Shown here one piece after another: positions 17,920 through 25,961 of a stretch of DNA of 64,000 nucleotides. Every line of letters starts with the position of its first letter. The stretch's first letter is position 1. The notes beneath the pieces are model-generated. The model did not search any database, had not been told where the DNA came from, and saw only the letters and a program-made list of their open reading frames with translations. The stretch is from a virus, in the IMG/VR virus record IMGVR_UViG_3300025648_000012, positions 78,722 to 142,721 of that record; one strand, written 5' to 3'. A program made the position numbers and the translations under genes.

Positions 17920-19253
17920 AACTTTCTAGGGATACAACTTTAGATAAAAAACTTCCTACTATTGGATATCATTATGCTCCAGCTGGGGCAGATAAGATAT
18001 CCACCACAAACTTAAAATGTACTCCATATAATGAATATGCTCCAAAAATTAAAAAAATTAAAAAGGGGAGTACCATTATAACTGTTTGTTATGGGTTTAA
18101 TAAGAAACTAACATTAAGTAGAGTTTTGCCCCTCAAAGATGCACAAATTACAGGAATAACCATACTCAAAAAAGCAAAGGTTAGCCTGTATAATGCCACC
18201 ATGTTAACGGTAAACGAAACAACCCATACTCGACTAAATAACATAAGAAAGGCAAGTTACACTATTCAAGATAGCGGTGGGTTTCAGCTGTGGTCTGGAG
18301 TTGAGGACTTTTTAGACCCAAAATTGATAAAGAATAAACACACTCTTTGGGCAGATTCCGGCGTAGGATTAGACTTACCCCTTAGTGGCTGTTCAGATGA
18401 AAAGGTATTTTTAGCCGGAGCTAAAATGCTAGCGGCAAACAACCAAGTAATGAAAAGCAATAAGTACAACTTGATGAACGTTTCTCACGGAGGAACCTTA
18501 AAGGGTCGAGAAAAATGGCTAAACATTGTGCTTGAGGACCCTCAAACTTCAATGTGCATTGCTGGTCTACGGGCTACAGCGATGCAACAAAATATCTCGG
18601 GAGTAGGGGACAGAATATCTCCAGTAGCATTTATTTCTCACGTTCTTTTTACAATTCTTAAAACTCAAAAATACTATCAGCATTATCACGTATTAGGTGT
18701 AGCTACAGGATGGCAAATGTTTCTACTTTCATTGGTAGCCCATAACTTAGGTAAAACTATAACCTCAGATTCCGCTACAGCTCAACTTTCTGCTAAATCT
18801 GGATTCTTTTTAGAAAGCGACTCCCTAAAACCCCTTGGAAGAATACCGAAATCTGTAAGACAATCATATTGCAACTGTGAAGCTTGTAACTTAGTTGGTA
18901 ACAAATACTGGTTTTATGTTGTAGACCAGCTTACTATGCTCCATAACTTGTATAGTTTAATAGATTGCGCTGAAACTGCTAACCGCTATGCTGAATATGC
19001 TATAAAAAATAATGTTTCTTTTTCTGACATAACTACTGTGGTTTTAGGATCTACCTCATCAACCAAGCACACTGATAAGGCTATTTTTGAGGCGGTTAAA
19101 TTAGTAAAAACTACAGATTATAAAAAGTTAAAGGAAGTTTCAGTTTTTACTACTCCTACAACTCTGTTTACTCAAAAAGACGAGCTAATTCAGACGCGTA
19201 AAGTCCTTAAAAAATATGGAGAATATTATGGAACCTCCTTTTTTACTCCGTAG
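17916..19253 (+). CDS. dpdA: TGT/DpdA-superfamily guanine transglycosylase
   Basis: IQDSGGFQL, GLDLP, VSHGG, HYHVLG, TSDSAT and a CNCEAC...H zinc site. Sits among the que genes. Confidence 0.8.
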   Translation: MKLSRDTTLDKKLPTIGYHYAPAGADKISTTNLKCTPYNEYAPKIKKIKKGSTIITVCYGFNKKLTLSRVLPLKDAQITGITILKKAKVSLYNATMLTVNETTHTRLNNIRKASYTIQDSGGFQLWSGVEDFLDPKLIKNKHTLWADSGVGLDLPLSGCSDEKVFLAGAKMLAANNQVMKSNKYNLMNVSHGGTLKGREKWLNIVLEDPQTSMCIAGLRATAMQQNISGVGDRISPVAFISHVLFTILKTQKYYQHYHVLGVATGWQMFLLSLVAHNLGKTITSDSATAQLSAKSGFFLESDSLKPLGRIPKSVRQSYCNCEACNLVGNKYWFYVVDQLTMLHNLYSLIDCAETANRYAEYAIKNNVSFSDITTVVLGSTSSTKHTDKAIFEAVKLVKTTDYKKLKEVSVFTTPTTLFTQKDELIQTRKVLKKYGEYYGTSFFTP

Positions 19254-19722
19254 TCAAGAACCACATTTATTTACTGGAATAGAAGTCGAGCATTCCCCGT
19301 ATTTTGGAGAAAAAACTCTTTTTGTAGTTGGAACCGTTGAAAAAGAAAAAATAGAAAAAGCTCTAAAAATAGAAAACTGTACGCATTTATATTTGGGAGC
19401 TAATCAACACTTTTCAGATTACGTAATTGAGTTAGCAAAAGAATTTAGTAACTTAATTCACGTAACTGTTGATATTCCTTATTTGCTATATATAGATGAA
19501 GTGTTTAGTAATGAGCTACTTCACCCAAGTCTTAAAAAAGTACACTTTATGCTCAGTGCCCCACTTGTAGTTTCACACAGATTACTTTCCATTAAAGTTG
19601 ATGATTCTGTAAATAATAGGCGTAATCCAGGAGTGTGGGTGTTTCCTATTACGTCAAATACTAAAAATTTTACACCTTGGTCAGCTTATAAAAATGATGT
19701 ACTTTTAGGAGAAAAGTTTTGA
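19228..19722 (+). CDS. Hypothetical protein of the modification cluster
   Basis: FTGIEVEHSPYFGEKTLFVVG...HLYLGANQ...IKVDD...NPGVW, located between dpdA and the glycosyltransferase. Confidence 0.65.
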   Translation: MEPPFLLRSQEPHLFTGIEVEHSPYFGEKTLFVVGTVEKEKIEKALKIENCTHLYLGANQHFSDYVIELAKEFSNLIHVTVDIPYLLYIDEVFSNELLHPSLKKVHFMLSAPLVVSHRLLSIKVDDSVNNRRNPGVWVFPITSNTKNFTPWSAYKNDVLLGEKF

Positions 19723-20897
19723 AAGTATTTTATATGGGGTTAGAATCAATAGTCTCAAGATACACCTACCAATTAACTAATTGGAATACTCGAGTATTTG
19801 AGGAGCTTGGAGTTAATTACGAGATAGTTACTGGGGAAGAAATTCCAGAGGCTAAAGGACATATTTTAGTAGGTTCAGTTTTGGATGCGCATAACCGAGG
19901 ATACTACTCTTTAACGCAAACAGCTAATTTGGTAAAACTACACCAACAAGGTAATATAACCAGTACAGATGTAATTTTTTATGAGGATATGTTTACTCCA
20001 GGAATAGAAATTCTTCCTTATATTTTTGCTCAAGTTCCTATGAATAAACGACCTAAAGTTTTTGTTAGGTGTTTAGCGCAAACTATTGACCCAGACGATT
20101 TTACTAACCGGGAAGGTATGTTTGGTTTCATGAGAAGGTACGAACAGTTAGTAGATTCTTTCGTTACTGGCATTCTATGCGCTTCGGAAGAGATGGTGGC
20201 TAACTTAAAAATTGCTGGATTTAAGTCTGACTTGTATGTAACTGGTTTACCCTTTGGTAAAGCTGAAGTTCAAGAGAGAGTTACACCTACTCCTTTTGAA
20301 AACCGTCCGAAAACTGTAGTATTTGCTGCTCGGTGGGATAGTGAAAAACAACCTAAATTTTTTATAGAGGTTGCAAAATTAGTAAAGAAAAAACTTGGAA
20401 ATTCAGTAAAATTTGTAGTCTTGAGTGGAAGAAAAGGAATAAACTCAAATGATTTAGACTTGAAGACTGCTGCTATTGAGGCTATTCAAGACTCAACTAT
20501 TGAGTGGAAAGATGGGCTTTCCAAAAATGAATACTACACGTGGCTAAATAACAGTAGAGTTCTTTTTAATTGTGCATTGCAAGATTGGGTTAGTAATACG
20601 GTAAGTGAAGCCGATGCTTTAGGCTGCAATACTGTTTTTCCTGCGTATAGATCTTTTCCAGAGGTTTTCAAAAGTAGCCGAGAACATTTGTATATACCGT
20701 TTAATGTGGAAGACGCAGCACTCCTCATTGAAAAAAATATAGAACAACCACAATCTGATTTAGGAGAAGTTTCTAGTAATCAGAATCTTTCCATATATAA
20801 AACAGTCAAAATTTTTCAGGGAGTAGGTAAAGAGTACCTACGGTCAAATTTAGACTATAGAGGAAAGTTGTACGGAGCAATTTCAAAAGGAGATTAA
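19719..20897 (+). CDS. GT-B (GT4-like) glycosyltransferase
   Basis: FAARWDSEKQP and FNCALQDWVSNTVSEA..LG...PAYRSFPE in the C-terminal domain. TTG start after AGGAG. Confidence 0.85.
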   Translation: MKVFYMGLESIVSRYTYQLTNWNTRVFEELGVNYEIVTGEEIPEAKGHILVGSVLDAHNRGYYSLTQTANLVKLHQQGNITSTDVIFYEDMFTPGIEILPYIFAQVPMNKRPKVFVRCLAQTIDPDDFTNREGMFGFMRRYEQLVDSFVTGILCASEEMVANLKIAGFKSDLYVTGLPFGKAEVQERVTPTPFENRPKTVVFAARWDSEKQPKFFIEVAKLVKKKLGNSVKFVVLSGRKGINSNDLDLKTAAIEAIQDSTIEWKDGLSKNEYYTWLNNSRVLFNCALQDWVSNTVSEADALGCNTVFPAYRSFPEVFKSSREHLYIPFNVEDAALLIEKNIEQPQSDLGEVSSNQNLSIYKTVKIFQGVGKEYLRSNLDYRGKLYGAISKGD

Positions 20898-20898
20898 A

Positions 20899-21090
20899 AT
20901 GTTAGTACGGTTTAGTTTAGCAAATGGAGGAGATTTTGCAGTTACTCCCTCCAATGTTGTAGCAGTGTATTGGGGCAAAAAAGAAAACTCTGTTGACTGT
21001 ATTCCAACTACAATCGTTCTTGGGACTGGTGAGGAATTCAATACAGAAGAAAGCTTTGACGAAGTATTAGAAAAACTTGGTTCCATTTAG
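20899..21090 (+). CDS. Small FlbD-like protein
   Basis: Pattern F..V.P..V..V...T.I.L..G....EES..EV...L. AGGAG RBS. Confidence 0.55.
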   Translation: MLVRFSLANGGDFAVTPSNVVAVYWGKKENSVDCIPTTIVLGTGEEFNTEESFDEVLEKLGSI

Positions 21091-21099
21091 GCTTATTCC

Positions 21100-21900
21100 A
21101 TGTTTAATTATACTGAACTTTTTTATTCATTGCAGGGCGAAGGGGAAAGAGCTGGCGTACCCTCTGTTTTCCTCCGTTTGTTTGGCTGCAATTTGAGATG
21201 TCCTGGCTTCTACGGTAAACAAAAGGTAGACTCTATTGACCCTTCCCAATACTCCAAGTTTGAAGATTTGCCCCTCATGGACGGTGGATGTGACACCTAC
21301 GCTTCTATTTACCCCCAATTTTCTAAATTTGCTCAAAAGATTACAGTAGAAGAACTTGTTAAAAAGCTGTCTAGTTTTGATTGCCGAGACCTGGTTATTA
21401 CCGGTGGAGAGCCACTGTTACCGGGGAATCAACGTAGGTTAGTAGAGCTACTTACTAACTTTGAGTTTAGCAGCTTACCTTTTGATGTAATTACGTTTGA
21501 AACGAATGGTACGCAAGAACTAATTCCTGAGATGGTAAAAGCAGTGGAGGACACAGGATTTACATACTTATTTTCTGTTTCTCCAAAATTGTCTAATTCA
21601 GGTGAAACAGAAGAAGCAAGAAAAGTAAGACTACAGTTAGATTTTAAGCAGGAACCGGAATGTTCAAATACTCAATACCTTAAGTTTGTTATAGCAACAA
21701 GAAAGGATGCGGAGGAAGCATTGCAGCTAGCCATGGAACTAGGAGCTACTCCTTTGAGTATTTATTTTATGCCGATGGGTGGAATTGTATCCACCTATGA
21801 ATTACACAAAACTGCTGTAGCTAACTTGGCTTTGGAGTATGGAGTTAGGTACTCTGATAGATTGCAAGTTCCACTATTTAAGAACGATTGGGGCACCTAA
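21100..21900 (+). CDS. queE: 7-carboxy-7-deazaguanine synthase (radical SAM)
   Basis: ELFYSLQGEG, FLRLFGCNLRC...GCDT, ITGGEP, ETNGT, SVSPK, LKFV. Confidence 0.93.
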   Translation: MFNYTELFYSLQGEGERAGVPSVFLRLFGCNLRCPGFYGKQKVDSIDPSQYSKFEDLPLMDGGCDTYASIYPQFSKFAQKITVEELVKKLSSFDCRDLVITGGEPLLPGNQRRLVELLTNFEFSSLPFDVITFETNGTQELIPEMVKAVEDTGFTYLFSVSPKLSNSGETEEARKVRLQLDFKQEPECSNTQYLKFVIATRKDAEEALQLAMELGATPLSIYFMPMGGIVSTYELHKTAVANLALEYGVRYSDRLQVPLFKNDWGT

Positions 21901-21901
21901 T

Positions 21902-22135
21902 ATGAAAACACAAAAATTTAGTCACAGAGAATTAGTAAAGTCCAAGTTAGAGCAATTAGGTCGAGTTGATACCGCTTTAGCCAAATCTTTAGGAATTTCA
22001 AGGCTACCTGTTCAGATTGAAAGGTTAAGAAAACAAGGTATGAAAATTAACTTGATCCGTGAGTATACAGGGTCAATGTACTATATGTTAGAAAACTATA
22101 CGCTCAAAAAAGGTGCTCAAAATGACTTACAGTGA
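21902..22135 (+). CDS. Small winged-HTH-like protein
   Basis: LGISRLPVQIERLRKQGMKI...YY resembles small phage HTH proteins. Confidence 0.55.
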   Translation: MKTQKFSHRELVKSKLEQLGRVDTALAKSLGISRLPVQIERLRKQGMKINLIREYTGSMYYMLENYTLKKGAQNDLQ

Positions 22136-22343
22136 AAATAACAAGTACATAGATGTTCTGAATTCCTACATTAAGGAAGACACTGCATTAGTTAATTACT
22201 ATAATAAAACTTTGAAGTTGCCTTCTGGAGAAATAGGAAATAGATTACTTTTAGTGGAAACTAGACTACTTAATTTGTCAAAACTTGTTTGTGAGCTTAT
22301 TACAGAGCTAGGAACAAATAAACAGTTACCAAAATACTACTGA
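22122..22343 (+). CDS. Hypothetical protein
   Basis: Short ORF filling the gap before folE. Confidence 0.5.
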   Translation: MTYSENNKYIDVLNSYIKEDTALVNYYNKTLKLPSGEIGNRLLLVETRLLNLSKLVCELITELGTNKQLPKYY

Positions 22344-22352
22344 GGAATAAAA

Positions 22353-23027
22353 GTGGCTAATACTGACGAAGCATTAGGAGCGGAAATAGGAACAATTTTA
22401 AGAAACAAGGGAATAGAAACTCCCATGTTTGGATCGAACTACCTGGACAACTTTTCAAAAATAGAAACACTGGCTCCATTAGTTGAGTCCATTCTAACAA
22501 TTCTTGGAATGGACTTGAAAGATGATTCTCTTAGGGATACGCCAAAACGTGTTTCTAAGATGTTTATTGAAGAATTGTTCTATGGGCTTGACTACAGCAA
22601 CTTTCCGGCATGTACAGCCGTGGATAATAAGATGCACTATGACGAAATGCTACTTGAGGGAGGTATAACGGTAAACTCTCAGTGTGAGCACCACCTTGTA
22701 CCGTTCAAAGGACATGCGTACGTTGCATATTTACCAGCCAATAAAGTATTGGGGTTATCCAAGTTTAACCGAATAGTAGATTTCTTTAGCAGAAGGCCAC
22801 AAGTTCAGGAGAGGCTAACAGTACAGATTGGTACCTCCATACAGCATATTGTAGAAACGCCAAATGTTGCGGTTGTACTAGAATGTTCTCATTTTTGTGT
22901 TCAATGCCGTGGAGTAAAAGATTCTGATAGTTGGACTGCAACGTCAATGCTCGGGGGTATTTTTAAGGAACAAGCGGTTAGAGTTGAGTTGTTTTCTCTA
23001 ATAAACGGTAGACGAGGGAGGCATTAG
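22353..23027 (+). CDS. folE: GTP cyclohydrolase I
   Basis: DTPKRV, SQCEHH, GLSK, RRPQVQERLT, HFCVQCRG. GTG start after GAGG. Confidence 0.96.
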   Translation: MANTDEALGAEIGTILRNKGIETPMFGSNYLDNFSKIETLAPLVESILTILGMDLKDDSLRDTPKRVSKMFIEELFYGLDYSNFPACTAVDNKMHYDEMLLEGGITVNSQCEHHLVPFKGHAYVAYLPANKVLGLSKFNRIVDFFSRRPQVQERLTVQIGTSIQHIVETPNVAVVLECSHFCVQCRGVKDSDSWTATSMLGGIFKEQAVRVELFSLINGRRGRH

Positions 23028-23033
23028 TAATCC

Positions 23034-23456
23034 ATGTCAATGACTTTAGACGATATTATTAAAAAATGCAAACCATTACAAAAGGATCTTGCTCTGTATG
23101 TAAAATTTAGGTCTATAAAAACAGGGAAGCAAGATGACGTGTATCCATTTATTGCTGCAAAAGCTTATTCAACTAAGCGTAGATTACCGGACGGACGTAT
23201 GGTAACCAATGTAAATCCGGAAACTTACATTGCAGTAATTATGGTTATTGACAATAAAAAACACGTCAAGGTATCCTGTAGCTGTCCTTCCTTCAACTAT
23301 GGAGGTTTTGAGTATTCTTTAGCTAAAAAAGGGGCTGCAGATATACAATATGGAGACGGGTCTGCACCGGATATAAAAAATCCAAAAAGAATTCCAGGAA
23401 TGTGCAAGCACCTTGTTGCTTTAAGAAGTTATGTTAAGACAAAGTACAAGTTCTAA
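23034..23456 (+). CDS. SWIM-type zinc finger protein
   Basis: VSCSCPSF...GMCKHL (CxC...CxH). Confidence 0.75.
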   Translation: MSMTLDDIIKKCKPLQKDLALYVKFRSIKTGKQDDVYPFIAAKAYSTKRRLPDGRMVTNVNPETYIAVIMVIDNKKHVKVSCSCPSFNYGGFEYSLAKKGAADIQYGDGSAPDIKNPKRIPGMCKHLVALRSYVKTKYKF

Positions 23457-24352
23457 TGGCAAAAACTTACCGTAAAAGTGAATCCTTTGAAGTTCTAAAA
23501 ACAGTAAAAGACTACAAAGATAATCTCACAACTTACCAATGGCTTAATACTCTTGATTTCTTTATTGAGGAGGCCGTTAAACCTTTGGCGTTCGCGCTAC
23601 CTACACTCACAAAAAACTTTTTAGCATTAGTTGCTGCTAAACAGGTCATAAATTCCCATACTCGTTATTGCCGAGGAGAAAAACAATCGTTAGTAATAAA
23701 CATTTTTAATTTCCTGTGTACGGAAAAAGTAGAGTACCTAAGTGCAATAACTGTAAATAGGGGGATATGGTTTGGATTCTTTTCCTTAGCCCAGGGAACA
23801 GTAGAACCCTATATGTCAGTTATGAGTAATCCAGCCCAGTACTCCCAGTACCTAGTAGCCAAGGATTGGGAGCAAAAAAGACCTATTTGGCAATTCATTA
23901 AACAATCACAATACTGGCAGGACAAGGCATCATGGTTCAAGTCAATAATAGTTCAAAAATTTACAAGGTTGGCGTTAAACCGAGCAAAAGCATCGTATAC
24001 TGCAATCGGTCATATAGTTGACTTAGATGATATTATCTCAGTTAATTTGCAATTTGTAAATAAAGCAGTAGAGAGGTGTGATACAAACAAGGGTACGTTA
24101 GCCACCTTTGTAAACACTTGGTTGTACTCTGCCAATGCAGAAGTTAAAAAGTTAATTTCAAAGAATGAAATGTCTTTGAATGACGAATTGTTAGTTGCGG
24201 ATCAATCTGTCTCATGGGAAATGGAACGCTCTATGTCTGCAATAGCTAAAGAAGTAGACAAAGAAGGGTATGTTAGAGCCGTTCTTGGCATACCTGAGTA
24301 TTTTACAGCAGTAGATTACCAAGTGCTTCAAAAAGCAGCAAAAGTAAGTTAA
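23456..24352 (+). CDS. Phage sigma-factor-like protein (putative)
   Basis: DDII...FVNKAVERCDTNKGTLATFVNTWL resembles sigma70 region 2. Confidence 0.65.
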   Translation: MAKTYRKSESFEVLKTVKDYKDNLTTYQWLNTLDFFIEEAVKPLAFALPTLTKNFLALVAAKQVINSHTRYCRGEKQSLVINIFNFLCTEKVEYLSAITVNRGIWFGFFSLAQGTVEPYMSVMSNPAQYSQYLVAKDWEQKRPIWQFIKQSQYWQDKASWFKSIIVQKFTRLALNRAKASYTAIGHIVDLDDIISVNLQFVNKAVERCDTNKGTLATFVNTWLYSANAEVKKLISKNEMSLNDELLVADQSVSWEMERSMSAIAKEVDKEGYVRAVLGIPEYFTAVDYQVLQKAAKVS

Positions 24353-24370
24353 ATTTAAGGAGAAATAAGA

Positions 24371-25888
24371 ATGTCAATAGATTTAGAAGACACAAAAACT
24401 GGTGGATTTTCGGACTCACCAAAAATTCCAAGTATTGAAAAAGTATTACCGGTAGTTAAATGGAAAGCTGGAAAATATACCAAAATTCGTTTAATTGGTA
24501 AAGTTACTCCAACTGCCAAGTTTTGGGTTAAAGTTAAAAAGAAGGATGGGGGCATAACTAAATTTCCTGCCCCTTGCATTTCTTACGACCCATTAACTCA
24601 GGAACACGATGAGACAATAAAAGATCCTTGGTGGGAATATTATAAGCAGGAACGAGCTGCAATTAAAGACGGCTCGTTGGACAAAGAGGATGCTTTAGTA
24701 CAGTACTCAACTGATTGTTATTGTAACGTAATAGTTAGAAGTAAGCAGCAAAAGGGTGGGGATTTTGAAACTCGCACTAAAGCAGAAGCAAGGACAGGAT
24801 TCAAAGATCCGGAATCTGAGTCTGATACTCCTGTAGAAGTTGCACGTTTTACTTCCTCTGTTTTACGTAAAATAAAGGAGAAGAAAGAGCTAAATGAGGT
24901 AGAAACAAAAGAAGGTGTTACGTGTTACCCCTGCAATGACCCTCGTTATGGTTTTGATATTCTTGTTAAGTATAATGAGAATTCTGCGTCACCAAGCGAA
25001 ACCTATTCGGTAGAGAAGGGTGAAGGTAGAACAAAACTTACTGAGGAAGAGAAGCTGTATCTTGTGTATGACATTGACAGTGTTGCAAAACTTCCTGAAA
25101 ATGTTACAGAAGAATCAGTTATTAGTGATTTTAATTCATGGAGAGAAAGAATGGGAATTAAGAAACCTAGCAAAACAACTGTTTCAAAGAAAGGCAAAGG
25201 GCGTACAGAAGAAGACGAAGATGAGGATGACTTGGAAGAGGAAGAGGAGGATGAAGCGCCTAAATCCAAGGCAAAGAAACCCGTCAAGAAGTCTAAGAAA
25301 GTTGAGGACGATGATGACGAGGATTTTGATGACGAAGATGAAGAGGACGAAGCTCCCAAATCTAAATCAAAAAAGGCAGTGAAAAAGTCTAAAGTCGAAG
25401 ATGAAGACGATGATGAAGACGATGATGAAGATGATGACTTCGGCGACGATAACGAAGACGAGGAAGAGTCCCCTAAATCTAAAAAGTCAGTTAAAAAGCC
25501 TGTCAAGAAGTCTAAGAAAGTAGAAGATGACGAAGACGAGGATTTTGATGACGACAGTGATGAGGATGAGGATGAAGACGACGAACCCAAGTCAAAGAAA
25601 CCTGTCAAAAAGTCAAAGAAGGTAGAAGATGAGGACGATGATGATGACGACTTTGGTGACGATGACGATGACGATGAAGATGAAGATGAAGCTCCCAAGT
25701 CTAAGTCAAAGAAACCTGTAAAGAAATCAAAGAAAGTAGAAGATGACGACTTTGATGATGACAGTGACGACGATGACGGTGACGACGAGGATGATTCCCC
25801 CAAGTCAAAAAAATCTGTCAAAAAGCCAGCTAAGAAGCCTGTCAAGAAGTCAAAGAAGGTAGAAGATGATGACGATGATGATTTTTGA
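24371..25888 (+). CDS. Single-stranded DNA-binding protein (gp32-like) with a very long charged C-terminal tail
   Basis: Directly upstream of recA. IRLIG and DPRYGFDI core motifs. Acidic C-terminus ending DDDDDDF. Confidence 0.7.
   Translation: MSIDLEDTKTGGFSDSPKIPSIEKVLPVVKWKAGKYTKIRLIGKVTPTAKFWVKVKKKDGGITKFPAPCISYDPLTQEHDETIKDPWWEYYKQERAAIKDGSLDKEDALVQYSTDCYCNVIVRSKQQKGGDFETRTKAEARTGFKDPESESDTPVEVARFTSSVLRKIKEKKELNEVETKEGVTCYPCNDPRYGFDILVKYNENSASPSETYSVEKGEGRTKLTEEEKLYLVYDIDSVAKLPENVTEESVISDFNSWRERMGIKKPSKTTVSKKGKGRTEEDEDEDDLEEEEEDEAPKSKAKKPVKKSKKVEDDDDEDFDDEDEEDEAPKSKSKKAVKKSKVEDEDDDEDDDEDDDFGDDNEDEEESPKSKKSVKKPVKKSKKVEDDEDEDFDDDSDEDEDEDDEPKSKKPVKKSKKVEDEDDDDDDFGDDDDDDEDEDEAPKSKSKKPVKKSKKVEDDDFDDDSDDDDGDDEDDSPKSKKSVKKPAKKPVKKSKKVEDDDDDDF
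25210..25885 (+). repeat. Coding repeats of alternating Lys-rich and Asp/Glu-rich blocks
   Basis: About six copies of (A/S)PKSK..KKPVKKSKKVE followed by D/E runs that usually contain one Phe. Confidence 0.9.
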
Positions 25889-25906
25889 TCTTTAGATTGT
25901 AAATTA

Positions 25907-25947
25907 TGGGTACTCAGCTACCTTAGTGAGTTCCCAATTTTCCTTTT
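25907..25947 (+). terminator. Putative intrinsic terminator or hairpin between ssb and recA
   Basis: TGGG-T-ACTCA...TGAGT-T-CCCA stem followed by ATTTTCCTTTTT. Confidence 0.45.
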
Positions 25948-25961
25948 TAAGAGAAAAACCA

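Noticed and set aside
15089-23027. Ordinary queuosine tRNA-modification operon
   Set aside because: QueC, QueF, QueA and QueG/H are absent, a DpdL-type protein is present, and the cluster lies in the phage DNA replication module. This is disfavoured rather than excluded.
25003-25845. 280-aa Ser-rich minus-strand ORF
   Set aside because: It is the antisense shadow of the D/E/K repeat codons in the ssb tail.
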